Assembly: GCA_035316905.1 (NCBI GenBank)
Contig: DATHIE010000043.1
Coordinates: forward strand, 1-56,996
From: Chryseolinea sp.
GTDB taxonomy: Bacteria > Bacteroidota > Bacteroidia > Cytophagales > Cyclobacteriaceae
DNA: 56,996 nucleotides
Direction: 5' to 3'
The notes below the pieces were generated by a model that saw only the letters and a list, made by a program, of their open reading frames with translations, ran no database searches and was not told the origin of the DNA. The position numbers were made by a program, and so were the translations under genes. Positions 16,836 to 27,147 of the stretch are shown here, in pieces. The number at the start of each line of letters is the position of its first letter. Position 1 is the first letter of the stretch.

Positions 16836-19400
16836 ATGGCCAGTCAGTTCAATGAGACTGTTTCTACACGTTATCACATGTACAACAGTCTTTTCCTCAA
16901 CCTTCCATATACCGGTATCTATCGAACGGGGACGTTGCTTCCGCTTTTGCAGCAATCGTGCGAGAGCGAGTATGAAAAGGGAAAGGACCCAAAGACAATA
17001 ATTAAAAAGTTTTTCAAAGAATACACCCCGCAAGCGACACGTGAGGAGCAGTTCGATTTGCTTTTTGGATTCATACAATATGTCGAGAGGCAGGTCGTGT
17101 TGTTCGATTCTATAGAAGACGCAGCCTTTGCAGAAATAAACGATTTGAAAGGGAAGGGCACGGTAGCAGAATTACTTCTTCGCGTCCGTGCCGAGGGAGC
17201 GGTCGAAGCACTCAAAAGAAAGCTGGAAGACTTTAGTATTAGAATCGTATTGACAGCTCACCCCACGCAATTTTACCCCGGTAATGTACTGGCAATTCTG
17301 AATGACCTCGAACAGGCGATCCGTGAGAACAGGCTTGAGCACATTAACCTTCTTTTGAGGCAGCTTGGAAAGACGCCAATCATCAATAAGGAAAAACCAA
17401 CACCATTCGACGAAGCAGTAAGCTTATCGTGGTTTCTGGAAAACGTGTTTTATCCTGTTATCCCTGACATCATAAACAAGCTTATGACGGGTCTGGATAT
17501 GAAGCTGGAGGAGTGGGTCAACTATGACCTCATCAAAATAGGTTTTTGGCCCGGTGGCGACCGCGACGGTAACCCATTTGTAACACATTCAATTACGTTG
17601 CGTGTAGCCCATCATTTGCAGCAAACGTTATTGAGATGTTACCATCGCGACCTGCGTATTCTCAAAAGACGACTTACGTTCAAAGGAGTCGATCATATTA
17701 TCGCGAGGGGTGAACGCAAAGTATACCCAATGGCCTATGGCGGAGGTCATGGTGAGATCTATTCTCATCCGGACGAGCTCCTGAACGATTTGTTTGAAGC
17801 ACGGGAAGTCCTTATCAGGGATCATAAAGGGTTATTCCTAAACCTTCTTGACGGCTTTATTTTAAAGGTGCGCATATTCGGATTCTATTTTGCCAGCATG
17901 GACATACGGCAGGATAGCCGGAAACATGCGTATGTGTGGGATGCACTCCTGGAAAAACTTAAATCAAAAAACAAAAGCCTTAAAAACTTCGACAAGCTTT
18001 CAGAACAAGAAAAAATAGATGTGCTGCTTGGCCTGAACTTCAAACCTTCGTCTATGAAGTTTGATGATGAATTTGTCACTGAGTTGATCGAAAGCATAAA
18101 CGTGATTGGTCAGATCCAGGAAGAGAACGGACCGGAAGGATGTCACCGCTACGTGATCAGTAATTGCCAGTCAGCTCTTGACGTGGTCAGGGTATATCAG
18201 CTTGCTTACCTTGTGCTGGGTAAGAATGAAGCCTTGAATCTTGATATCGTACCTCTCTTCGAAACCATTGAAGATCTTGCGAATGCCTCCACTGTAATGA
18301 CTGCTTTGTACAGCATACCCGCTTACCGTGCACATCTCGGCAGAAGAAAGAACAAGCAGACAATCATGCTTGGATTTTCCGATGGCACAAAAGACGGCGG
18401 ATACCTGAGGGCAAACTGGTCTATTTTCCAGGCGAAAGAAAATCTCACTCGGATCACCCGAGAGTATGGTTTCACAGCAGTCTTCTTTGATGGACGTGGA
18501 GGCCCGCCAGCGCGAGGAGGCGGCAATACCCACGATTTTTATGCGTCGTTGGGGGACACGATAGAGGATAAGGAGGTTCAGATCACCATCCAGGGGCAGA
18601 CCATCAGCTCAAATTTTGGAAAGCCTGTGTCATGTTTGTTCAACCTTGAGCAACTGTTGTCTGCGGGAATCGAAAACTCAGTGTTTAAAAGGAAGAATAA
18701 ACTGATTAGTGGTGAGATAAACCTGCTTAATGCACTCGCAGACGAAGGACACAAAGCATACCTCGACCTAAAGCAACATCCAAAGTTTGTTCCTTACCTG
18801 GAAAAAATTACTCCATTGTCTTATTTCGGAGACACAAACATTGGCTCACGTCCTGTGAAGCGGAGTCAGGGAAGCTTAAAATTTGAGGACCTCCGTGCAA
18901 TTCCTTTCGTTGGATCCTGGGCCCAGATGAAACAGAACATTCCCGGATTTTATGGTGTGGGTTCGGCAGTCCGAGAATTGAAGAAACAAGGTAAATTCCG
19001 TGAGTTAAAGGCGTTATTCAAGCAGTCATTGTTTTTCAGAACGTTGCTCAGTAACAGTATGATGTCGTTGACCAAAACATACTATCCAGCGACGGCATAT
19101 CTCGCGAAGGACAAAGAGTTTTCCGAATTGTGGAAGAAAATGTTTGCTGAACACAAGTTATCAATTCAGATGATCCTTGAAGTATCAGGTCTTTCAGAAC
19201 TCATGGAGAACAATCCTCTTAATCGCGATTCCGTAAAGTTACGGGAGAAGATAGTCCTTCCACTGATCACGATCCAGCAATTCGCGCTGCAGCAATTGCG
19301 AGCTCTTGATGAAAATGAAAAACAGTACGAAAGAATCTATCAGAAGCTTGTACTGCGCTGTATGTTTGGTATCATCAACGCTGCGCGAAATTCTGCTTAA
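16836..19400 (+). CDS. ppc: Phosphoenolpyruvate carboxylase
   Basis: VLTAHPTQ, GGDRDGNP, VPLFET, MLGFSDGTKDGG, GRGG..ARGGG, LRAIPF, C-terminal RNSA. Confidence 0.95.
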   Translation: MASQFNETVSTRYHMYNSLFLNLPYTGIYRTGTLLPLLQQSCESEYEKGKDPKTIIKKFFKEYTPQATREEQFDLLFGFIQYVERQVVLFDSIEDAAFAEINDLKGKGTVAELLLRVRAEGAVEALKRKLEDFSIRIVLTAHPTQFYPGNVLAILNDLEQAIRENRLEHINLLLRQLGKTPIINKEKPTPFDEAVSLSWFLENVFYPVIPDIINKLMTGLDMKLEEWVNYDLIKIGFWPGGDRDGNPFVTHSITLRVAHHLQQTLLRCYHRDLRILKRRLTFKGVDHIIARGERKVYPMAYGGGHGEIYSHPDELLNDLFEAREVLIRDHKGLFLNLLDGFILKVRIFGFYFASMDIRQDSRKHAYVWDALLEKLKSKNKSLKNFDKLSEQEKIDVLLGLNFKPSSMKFDDEFVTELIESINVIGQIQEENGPEGCHRYVISNCQSALDVVRVYQLAYLVLGKNEALNLDIVPLFETIEDLANASTVMTALYSIPAYRAHLGRRKNKQTIMLGFSDGTKDGGYLRANWSIFQAKENLTRITREYGFTAVFFDGRGGPPARGGGNTHDFYASLGDTIEDKEVQITIQGQTISSNFGKPVSCLFNLEQLLSAGIENSVFKRKNKLISGEINLLNALADEGHKAYLDLKQHPKFVPYLEKITPLSYFGDTNIGSRPVKRSQGSLKFEDLRAIPFVGSWAQMKQNIPGFYGVGSAVRELKKQGKFRELKALFKQSLFFRTLLSNSMMSLTKTYYPATAYLAKDKEFSELWKKMFAEHKLSIQMILEVSGLSELMENNPLNRDSVKLREKIVLPLITIQQFALQQLRALDENEKQYERIYQKLVLRCMFGIINAARNSA

Positions 19401-19403
19401 GGG

Positions 19404-19862
19404 TTATTCGATCCGTTCGTCGGTGATAGTGAGTATCACTCCGTCAAAAGTGGTTTTGTATTGGGCGAGAGGTCGGATGGCCAATCCTCCATTAGGCATG
19501 CCTGTTGCTAAATCAAATGTTGAGCCACAACACGGATCGACGAGGAAAAGAGTTGAGGCATCTACGTTCACCGTTGCACATGCGTCATTCGGATGATATG
19601 AACAATTGCGTTCATAGGCGGCGTATCCGCCTGTTTGCTTGCAATAAATGATTATACCCCTCACTCCACCGCTTACCGCCAACGTTGTACCGGTTGTTTT
19701 TAATGCGAAGTATTGAGGTAAGTTAAGATTTAAGACAATTTCCGGGAATGGCGCGTATGGGATGGGATCATCATAGTCATTGGGAGAACAGGCTGTTATC
19801 GCAATGACGCACAGCGTGATGAAACCAAAACGAGATCTTATTTTATTGTGCAGGATAATCAT
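19404..19862 (-). CDS. Lipoprotein with a Rieske-like (non-canonical ligand) domain
   Basis: Lipobox-like ITAC; ERNCSYHP ... DPCCGSTFDL.TG.P..G.A..PL..Y resembles Rieske boxes; ATG 19862 overlaps the upstream gene end. Confidence 0.7.
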   Translation of the reverse strand: MIILHNKIRSRFGFITLCVIAITACSPNDYDDPIPYAPFPEIVLNLNLPQYFALKTTGTTLAVSGGVRGIIIYCKQTGGYAAYERNCSYHPNDACATVNVDASTLFLVDPCCGSTFDLATGMPNGGLAIRPLAQYKTTFDGVILTITDERIE

Positions 19863-20706
19863 AAAAACCTTTGCCACTTTTTCTGCCGAGATGGCCGGCA
19901 TCAACTTTCTGTTGTTGTAGCCGGCTGGGTCTGAACTTGGGATCCTGGTAGAAAGCATCATACATCGATGTAGTGACAGAAAAATTCGTATCAACGCCGA
20001 TCAAATCCATTAGCTGGAAGGGTCCCATCTTAAAACCTGTTGACTTCAGAAGTGCATCTACGGTTTGAAAATCTGTCACCCCATCTTCAACTATCTTCAG
20101 CGATTCCGTATAAAAGAATCTCGCTACCCTGTTAACTATAAAACCGGGGGAATCCGCCGCCATTACGTATGTTTTCGAGATACTATCCACAAAGGCGCTC
20201 AACTTTTTAATTGTCAAATCGCTCGTTGCGCCACCTTTGACGATCTCTACCAACTTCATAACGGGTGCGGGATTGAAAAAGTGGAGACCTGCACATCTTT
20301 CTTTGTGCTTCAGTATCGAACCAAGCTGCGTTATCGGAAATGAGGACGTGTTGCTCACTAATAAACAATCGAGTGCATTTATTTTCTCAAGCTCTAGAAG
20401 GATCTTCTGCTTTACTTCTCTCTTTTCTATAACCGCTTCGATAGCGAGATCAACTTGCAGCTGCCTGAAATCCCCAACGGCCTGGATACGTGCCAGCGCC
20501 TCATCTTTGGCTGTTGATGTGATCTTTCCTTTGCCTACAGCAGCCTCAAGGTTTTTACGAATAGCCGCAATTGCAGTCTTCGTGAGATCGGGCTGAATGT
20601 CGTACAGCATCACGGGATATCCCGCTACAGCGCATACCTGCGCGATGCCCTGCCCCATGACACCTGCTCCAACGATCGCGATATTCTTAATGGATTTTGG
20701 AGCCAT
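19843..20706 (-). CDS. 3-hydroxyacyl-CoA (3-hydroxybutyryl-CoA) dehydrogenase
   Basis: GAGVMGQGIA, EAVIE, SNTSS, GLHFFNP, DSPGFIVNR, MGPF.L.DLIG.D, LGRKSGKGFY. Confidence 0.93.
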   Translation of the reverse strand: MAPKSIKNIAIVGAGVMGQGIAQVCAVAGYPVMLYDIQPDLTKTAIAAIRKNLEAAVGKGKITSTAKDEALARIQAVGDFRQLQVDLAIEAVIEKREVKQKILLELEKINALDCLLVSNTSSFPITQLGSILKHKERCAGLHFFNPAPVMKLVEIVKGGATSDLTIKKLSAFVDSISKTYVMAADSPGFIVNRVARFFYTESLKIVEDGVTDFQTVDALLKSTGFKMGPFQLMDLIGVDTNFSVTTSMYDAFYQDPKFRPSRLQQQKVDAGHLGRKSGKGFYDYPAQ

Positions 20707-20707
20707 C

Positions 20708-21745
20708 TTAGATCACGGCTTGAAATTGACGCAGGAAGCGAACATCATTCTCTGAAAACAATCGAAGATCATTGATCTGGTATCGAAGCATGGTCACTCG
20801 TTCTATGCCCATCCCGAATGCAAATCCTGTAAACTCCTCTGGATCGATGCCACAATTTTTCAAGACGTTGGGGTGCACCATTCCAGATCCCGCTATTTCA
20901 ACCCACCCGGAGTGTTTACACACGTTACAGCCTGCACCTTTACAGATAAGGCAAGAAATATCGATCTCCGCGCTGGGTTCCGTAAATGGAAAGAATGACG
21001 GTCTGAACCTGATTTTCGTGTCCTTGCCGTACATCTCTTTTGCAAAATGATAAAGCGTCTGCTTTAGGTCCGCAAAACCGACATTGCGGTCTACATACAG
21101 CCCTTCCACCTGATGGAAAAAGCAATGCGCTCGCGCAGAAATTGCCTCATTTCGATAGACACGTCCCGGCATGATCGCCCTGATGGGAGGTTTTTGATCT
21201 CGCATCATCCGTATCTGGACATTTGAGGTATGTGTCCTCAACAAAATATCCTGACCTCCTTTTGAACTGTCCTTCTTTTCGATGAAGAAGGTATCCTGCA
21301 TCTCACGGGCCGGATGATTCTCAGGGAAATTTAGCGCTGAAAAATTATGCCAGTCGTCTTCGATCTCAGGACCATCAGCAACATTAAATCCGAGCCGCTC
21401 AAATATCTCTATGATCCGGTAACGGGTGAGCGTGAGCGGATGCAGATTACCGATCTGATTGGAAACTGGCGGAAGTGTAAGGTCAATTTCGGCGTCCGTT
21501 TGCGGGGCCGCTTCCAGCTTTTCCGTCAGTTCTGCCAATTTTGTCTCAGCGGCCTGTTTTAGCTGGTTAAGGACTTTCCCAACGGTTTTTTTCTGTTCAG
21601 AAGGCACGCGCTTCAACTCCTCAAACAACTCACTGACCACACCTTTGCGGCTGATAAATTTCATCCGAAAGTTCTCCAGCGCCTGTTTGCCGTTTTCAGC
21701 AAACTCATTCACCTCATTTAGCAAAGATTTGATCCGTTCTTCCAT
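20708..21745 (-). CDS. pheS: Phenylalanine--tRNA ligase alpha subunit
   Basis: HPAREMQDTF, LLRTHTS, PGRVYRNE, FHQVEGL, FPFTEPS, GFAFGMGIER. Confidence 0.97.
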   Translation of the reverse strand: MEERIKSLLNEVNEFAENGKQALENFRMKFISRKGVVSELFEELKRVPSEQKKTVGKVLNQLKQAAETKLAELTEKLEAAPQTDAEIDLTLPPVSNQIGNLHPLTLTRYRIIEIFERLGFNVADGPEIEDDWHNFSALNFPENHPAREMQDTFFIEKKDSSKGGQDILLRTHTSNVQIRMMRDQKPPIRAIMPGRVYRNEAISARAHCFFHQVEGLYVDRNVGFADLKQTLYHFAKEMYGKDTKIRFRPSFFPFTEPSAEIDISCLICKGAGCNVCKHSGWVEIAGSGMVHPNVLKNCGIDPEEFTGFAFGMGIERVTMLRYQINDLRLFSENDVRFLRQFQAVI

Positions 21746-21765
21746 TTAATTTATGTAACAAGCCC

Positions 21766-21773
21766 CAAAATTA
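21766..21773 (-). promoter_or_regulatory. -7 promoter element (TAATTTTG) for pheS
   Basis: CAAAATTA on the + strand, 21 nt upstream of the pheS start. Confidence 0.5.
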
Positions 21774-21814
21774 ATGTTTTGAGCCGGATTGAGCTAGCAC
21801 GAAAAAGCACTCTA

Positions 21815-22864
21815 TCAATCCGACAGCCGGCTTATAATTAGCCTGTCCAGCGTTACGCTTAAGAGAAAAGAAAGCACCAACAGTCCAGAGAGGACATAGA
21901 CGTCGCTGAATTCCTGGAAGGTGATTGCAAGCACGATATAAAGTATTTGAACACCTCCGAGAGTTAAAGTTGTCTGACTATGGGTCATTCCCAGCCGCAT
22001 GATGGCATGGTGAACATGGCTCTTATCCGGCGCAAACGGCGATTGACCTTTTGAAATACGCAGTATAACAATTCGGAGGGTATCGACTAATGGAATGATA
22101 ATTATACACGCTGCTGTTCCAACCGAGCCGTTGAACTTGTATGGTGTCATTGCCGGCAGGCTGTAGTTCACATTTATAAAATGAATCGCCATAATGCCTA
22201 GCATCATGCCGATAACAAGAGCCCCGGTGTCTCCCATAAAAACCTCGGAAGGCTCCCAATTAAATATGAGGAACGCAAAGATTCCTCCGAGCATGGCAAA
22301 GGCAATTATAGAAAAGATCTGATCATCGACGAGATAGAACCATATTCCGAACGCCAGTAGTGCCACAATTGCTATTGTTCCGGCTAGGCCATCGAGGCCG
22401 TCGATCAGATTGAAAGAGTTCGTTATGACGATGATCGTAAAATAAGTAATGATATAACTTACAATACCAGGTAGCTCGTAAACGCCAAACAATCCATAGA
22501 AGGTTTTGATCCTAAGGTCGAATAGAAAAATCAGCAGGGACGCCGCCATGATCTGTCCGACCAGTTTGACCATAGCCTTTAATGGCACGAGGTCGTCGCG
22601 GACGCCGATAAAAAAGATAACAAACAACGCCACGAGAATAAACTTTGTGTATCCTAATTGTTGAATGTCGAGCCATATCAATGAAGAGATAAAGAACCCA
22701 ATGAAGATGGCGATACCACCCATTGAAGGGGTTACTTTTTTATGAATCTTTCTTCTACCGGGAATGTCGACGAGGTTTTTAGCCAACGAGTATTTGATAA
22801 TCACCGGAACGATGAGGAAGGCGATGACAAATGATGTTATTGCAGCGGCTAATTCCTTGGCCAT
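21815..22864 (-). CDS. WecA/MraY-family undecaprenyl-phosphate HexNAc-1-phosphate transferase (initiating GT)
   Basis: D.P..RKIH...TP.MGG, G..DD, N.FNLIDGLDGLA, FMGDTGA, PDKSHVHH. Confidence 0.92.
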   Translation of the reverse strand: MAKELAAAITSFVIAFLIVPVIIKYSLAKNLVDIPGRRKIHKKVTPSMGGIAIFIGFFISSLIWLDIQQLGYTKFILVALFVIFFIGVRDDLVPLKAMVKLVGQIMAASLLIFLFDLRIKTFYGLFGVYELPGIVSYIITYFTIIVITNSFNLIDGLDGLAGTIAIVALLAFGIWFYLVDDQIFSIIAFAMLGGIFAFLIFNWEPSEVFMGDTGALVIGMMLGIMAIHFINVNYSLPAMTPYKFNGSVGTAACIIIIPLVDTLRIVILRISKGQSPFAPDKSHVHHAIMRLGMTHSQTTLTLGGVQILYIVLAITFQEFSDVYVLSGLLVLSFLLSVTLDRLIISRLSD

Positions 22865-22922
22865 AGATCAACCCAAAAGTGGGTAAAAATAGTGAAAAGG
22901 GTAGATTTGGAGGTCCTGGAAT

Positions 22923-23885
22923 TTATTTTTTCTCACCTTTATACCAATCCACCATTTTCTTTAATCCTTCAATTGTCGAGTATCGGGGTTTGAATCCTTC
23001 CGAAAAAACCTTTTTTGCAGAATGATGAGTTGGCGTGCCAAGTTTTTTTATTCTCGCCGATGAAATAGGGAGGTTCTTGCCAGTAAGTTTGATAATAATA
23101 TCGAACGGGAGCCCCATCATTACCCCAAGTGTCTTTGGGACGGAAAGCCTTATCTTTTTATTCAGAGATTCAGCAATAACGTTGCTTATATCCCGCGTTG
23201 TAAGCTGCGGCTCATCCGCATAGTTATAGATTGAGATTCCAGGTTTCATCCTTTCTTTAAGAAATAAGGTTGCCTGAACGAGGTTTTCGACATATGCGAT
23301 CGACTTAATATTGTCCGCTTTGCCTAAATGAAAATACAATCCTGAGTCGATCTGTTTGATCAGGTTGCGCATATTGGCCATATTGTTCTTTCCAAATACC
23401 AACGTCGGCCTGATGATCAGCGCCTTTCTGCCGGGTTTCTCTTTCGCCCATTCGATGAGGACCTTTTCGCCCGCCAGTTTTGACGCGCCATATGGTGAAT
23501 CGGGTTGTGGCTCCACGTTTTCCGTGGAGATTTCATCTCGCAATCCATAGACTGCTACGGAAGAATAAAAGATGAGTTCGTCTATACCAAATTCAGAGGC
23601 CACTATGCACAGCATTCTGGTGCCGTCTTCATTCGTATCAAAGTATTCGTCATGGCCAATTCCAAAATCGTGATGCTTGGCCGCTAGCGAGATAATTGTT
23701 TTGATATCCCGGCCTTGAATCGTTCTTCTTATGTCGTCGGCAATTCGGATATCCCCCTTTATAAACGTTGACTCACACGCAAACGAAGGATCTACTAAGT
23801 CAAGGTTGACCAAATCTTTCTGCGGAAGAGCATTATGAAAATGACTCCCAATGAAGCCGGAGGCGCCTGTTATTAATATAGCCAT
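22923..23885 (-). CDS. NAD-dependent epimerase/dehydratase (extended SDR)
   Basis: TGASGFIG, SSVAVYG, YGASK. Confidence 0.88.
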   Translation of the reverse strand: MAILITGASGFIGSHFHNALPQKDLVNLDLVDPSFACESTFIKGDIRIADDIRRTIQGRDIKTIISLAAKHHDFGIGHDEYFDTNEDGTRMLCIVASEFGIDELIFYSSVAVYGLRDEISTENVEPQPDSPYGASKLAGEKVLIEWAKEKPGRKALIIRPTLVFGKNNMANMRNLIKQIDSGLYFHLGKADNIKSIAYVENLVQATLFLKERMKPGISIYNYADEPQLTTRDISNVIAESLNKKIRLSVPKTLGVMMGLPFDIIIKLTGKNLPISSARIKKLGTPTHHSAKKVFSEGFKPRYSTIEGLKKMVDWYKGEKK

Positions 23886-23990
23886 TATTTCTTTTGAAAA
23901 TCATGAAAACATGCCTGACGTCAATTTCACCGCACCACGAAAAAACCCGACTATGATATCCTGCAAAATGCGTTCATCTTCCGTGTAATT

Positions 23991-24815
23991 CTAATCCCTA
24001 AGAAAAAATTTGTAAACGATTCGCAAAAAATTTGTCGGCATAACCCTGAGAGTCAATTTGACACCAGCCAACCAGGCGTATTCCAATGGCGAGATGAAGC
24101 GATCTGCCAAAAACTTCTTCAGGAGTATTCGTTCAAAAGTAAAATAAGCATAGCCACTTCGCCTGCCAACCATATCATTGCCAACGCGTACATGCACGAG
24201 ATTCCGGCTCATATTGTGAAACCTGGCCCCAACTTTCTTCATTTCATACCACAAATTATAATCTTCAAAATACCTGTTTGACCAATATCCCCCGGCCTGC
24301 ACGGCGATGTCCTTGCGAAAGAAGACAGTCATATGATTGACAGGGTTCCTGTATTTCATTAGCCTGATAATTTCGTCGTGTTTCTCTGGCAACGTCCTAA
24401 AATGTTTAAGATCTCCGGGCGAGCGATCAAACTCCTCAATCGCGGACCCCAAGACATCAATCTCGGGATGAGCTTTCAAGAATTCAAGTTGAGTTTCAAA
24501 ACGATTAGCAACAGCAATGTCATCCGAGTCCATCCTGGCGACCCACTTATAGGACAAATTATTCAATCCTACATTCATGGCAGCTCCCATGCCCTGATTA
24601 ATTGGCAACTTTATTCTACGTATAACTTTTGGGTGCTTGGAAGATATATCCGAAAGGACCTGTTCCAACTCGTCCGTAATTGGTCCATCCTCGACAACCA
24701 ACACTTCTTGAGGCAACACGGTTTGGTTATCCAATATGCTTTCCATGGCAGTCTTTAAATTAGCAGGATTTTCCTTAATGTACACCGGAATTAACACTGA
24801 GAATTCAATCAACAT
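23991..24815 (-). CDS. GT2 glycosyltransferase (AmsE-like)
   Basis: FSVLIPVY.KE.P, V.DG, ARMDSDD, NHMTVFFRK, EDY.LW. Confidence 0.9.
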   Translation of the reverse strand: MLIEFSVLIPVYIKENPANLKTAMESILDNQTVLPQEVLVVEDGPITDELEQVLSDISSKHPKVIRRIKLPINQGMGAAMNVGLNNLSYKWVARMDSDDIAVANRFETQLEFLKAHPEIDVLGSAIEEFDRSPGDLKHFRTLPEKHDEIIRLMKYRNPVNHMTVFFRKDIAVQAGGYWSNRYFEDYNLWYEMKKVGARFHNMSRNLVHVRVGNDMVGRRSGYAYFTFERILLKKFLADRFISPLEYAWLAGVKLTLRVMPTNFLRIVYKFFLRD

Positions 24816-25046
24816 GACAAAGCCTTAAGTAAAGATCCAAATATGATTCCGCCATTCGGGAAACGGAATAACTTTTCTGTGATAGCGGTGTGCAAGTTAG
24901 TCGAAAAATATTTGTGCCGGTCTTTAACGAGTAGTGGCAATAACAACTCTGTTTTTGCATGAAATTTAGAAACATCGCCTGAAATCACATAATCACTCAT
25001 CTAAATATTTGGCGTTTGGAAATTATCCGTTTAAAATGGATGGAGT

Positions 25047-25892
25047 TCAATTGGTGGTCCCCTCGTTTCCTTTTCTAAGAATAACGCTGTAGATAGACAA
25101 GAGCAGCTTCTTCGGCAGCAGTCTCAATGGCACACGCAACATTAAAGCCTTGATTAATCCGAAGCTATTGATAAATCCATATCCATACATTTTCCTGAAG
25201 TGGGCCGCTTCAAATTTAGTGTATTGAAACCCGTGTCTTTTCCCAATCATGTCATTTCCAACACGTGCTAGCACAAGCAAACGTTTTAGATTATGGAATT
25301 TCATGCCTCCCATAAGCATACGAACCCACAGATCGTAATCCTCAAAATAAGGAGCGTGCTGATATCCCCCGGCCTCGACGACTTTCTTCCTTTTAAAGAC
25401 CACGGTCATATGATTCATGGGATTTGAAAGCCGCGCCCTCTCGCGAATCATCTCGTGCTGTTCCGGTACATGGCGAGCCCTTAATGGATGCTGCGGATCA
25501 TCAATGAACTCGGCAATAGACGATCCGAGAATATCAATATCAGGATGAGTGTCAAGGAATGACATTTGTTCCTCAAAACGTGTAGGGACAGCGACATCGT
25601 CTGTGTCCATTCGCGCAACGTATGGGGTAGAGATGTGTTGCATCCCAAAATTAAGAGCCAGACCAAGGCCACGATTATCATCGTAACCAACTACTTTAAG
25701 CAAGCCCTCCTGTTTGGCTCTAAATGACTCTATCACATTGTTCAACTCTTCGCCGACCCTTCCATCCTTTACGATAATGATCTCCTTAGGCATGCGTGTT
25801 TGCGTAAGCAGGCTTTCTAAGCTATGCCTGAGAAAATCCGGCCTTTCTTTTTGGTAGACCGATAACAAAACCGAAAACGTACTATTTGTCAT
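25047..25892 (-). CDS. GT2 glycosyltransferase (AmsE-like), paralogue of the adjacent GT2
   Basis: FSVLLSVY.KE.P, ARMDTDD, NHMTVVFKR, EDYDLW. Confidence 0.9.
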   Translation of the reverse strand: MTNSTFSVLLSVYQKERPDFLRHSLESLLTQTRMPKEIIIVKDGRVGEELNNVIESFRAKQEGLLKVVGYDDNRGLGLALNFGMQHISTPYVARMDTDDVAVPTRFEEQMSFLDTHPDIDILGSSIAEFIDDPQHPLRARHVPEQHEMIRERARLSNPMNHMTVVFKRKKVVEAGGYQHAPYFEDYDLWVRMLMGGMKFHNLKRLLVLARVGNDMIGKRHGFQYTKFEAAHFRKMYGYGFINSFGLIKALMLRVPLRLLPKKLLLSIYSVILRKGNEGTTN

Positions 25893-27135
25893 AGTTCACA
25901 ACCTTGAGGACCAATAACGTATTAAAGAAGGCAAAAATAGCGACCCCCATCACTCGCGTAAAAAGAGATTCTGTAAGACCGACAAGCAATATGATCGCGA
26001 AGAATTCAAAATACAACAGACTACGTCCACGGATCGCATCGCGTAAGCTCGGTATCCACCACACCCCCAACAGGACGACGCCAAATAGCCCTGTCGATAT
26101 AAAATAACTCAGAAGTTGATTATGCGCGTTAAAACTATTATCGATCAGGAAAGAAACATTGGTTTTACGGTACTCATTGACAAGGTATTCTTCTTCGTTC
26201 CCTAAGCCGACTCCTACAATGTAGCGATTCTTGATTACCTCGAATGCACTTCTCCAGATTGCCATGCGGACGACAAAACCTCCGTCTCCATCGTTGATGT
26301 CAGGTGCATAGCTTCTATCCCACTGTGCATTCAGATTCACAGCCAGTCGACGATGAGGATAATCATAGATTGAGCTTGTCATATTTATTGCTAATCCGAT
26401 CAGGACCAAAACAACCGCTGCAATTCCGACTTTGCGCCATGTTATTCCGACATACAAATCTTTAAGGAATAGCCACGAAATCAACAAGAGTTGCACTATT
26501 ACGGTAATTTTCGCGTCGATTAACAGGATAAAGATCGATAGAACAATGATAATTAAATACTTTATCCACCTGTTGAAGTAATGGAAAGCGAACAACGTCG
26601 CAAGGCATCCCATTAAACTATAGTATGTCGGATGAATGCCTATCAGGCCCTCGGTAAATTGCTCATGGAAAAAGAAGTCGGTCGGTCTGCCCCATCGTGG
26701 AACAGAATAGAAATAATGATATATAGCCGCAAACAAGGAAAGAATATAAGACGCCAATACAGCCCAAATAAAAAACTTGGCAAGAACGCCAATCCTCCCT
26801 TTTTCAAGCCGCGTCGAAGATATCATTAGTGGGAAAAGTAAAAAGGGCAACATCTTCTCTAAATAGCGAAAAGACCCCGTCTTAAATATGTAGGGTGCAA
26901 ACCAAAGCAAATGAATCAGAAATATTGCGCATAGCCATAGACCCTTGGTTGAAATGGAAAATATTTTTAATGAAAAATGAGTCCTGTTCGCCACAATTAC
27001 TAAAAACAGGCTCAGCAATGGAAGCACAATAAAATTCGTTGTGAAATTGAATGGAAAGATCACCACGAGCAAAATAAGGAGGCCAAAGCGTATGGCTTCC
27101 AAAGATCTAAACACACCTGCCAGCTTATCGAACAC
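25882..27135 (-). CDS. O-antigen ligase (WaaL/Wzy_C family)
   Basis: About 12 TM; HPTY, R..IW......I.....GVG.G, NAHNQ.L......G..G motif. Confidence 0.82.
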   Translation of the reverse strand: MFDKLAGVFRSLEAIRFGLLILLVVIFPFNFTTNFIVLPLLSLFLVIVANRTHFSLKIFSISTKGLWLCAIFLIHLLWFAPYIFKTGSFRYLEKMLPFLLFPLMISSTRLEKGRIGVLAKFFIWAVLASYILSLFAAIYHYFYSVPRWGRPTDFFFHEQFTEGLIGIHPTYYSLMGCLATLFAFHYFNRWIKYLIIIVLSIFILLIDAKITVIVQLLLISWLFLKDLYVGITWRKVGIAAVVLVLIGLAINMTSSIYDYPHRRLAVNLNAQWDRSYAPDINDGDGGFVVRMAIWRSAFEVIKNRYIVGVGLGNEEEYLVNEYRKTNVSFLIDNSFNAHNQLLSYFISTGLFGVVLLGVWWIPSLRDAIRGRSLLYFEFFAIILLVGLTESLFTRVMGVAIFAFFNTLLVLKVVNYDK

Positions 27136-27147
27136 GTGACTATAACT

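Noticed and set aside
18480-18530. PEPC motif FDGRGG instead of FHGRGG
   Set aside because: All other catalytic motifs are intact; most likely a lineage variant rather than inactivation
24809-25000. 63 aa ORF between the two GT2 genes
   Set aside because: No recognisable motif and it overlaps a promoter-like site; likely spurious
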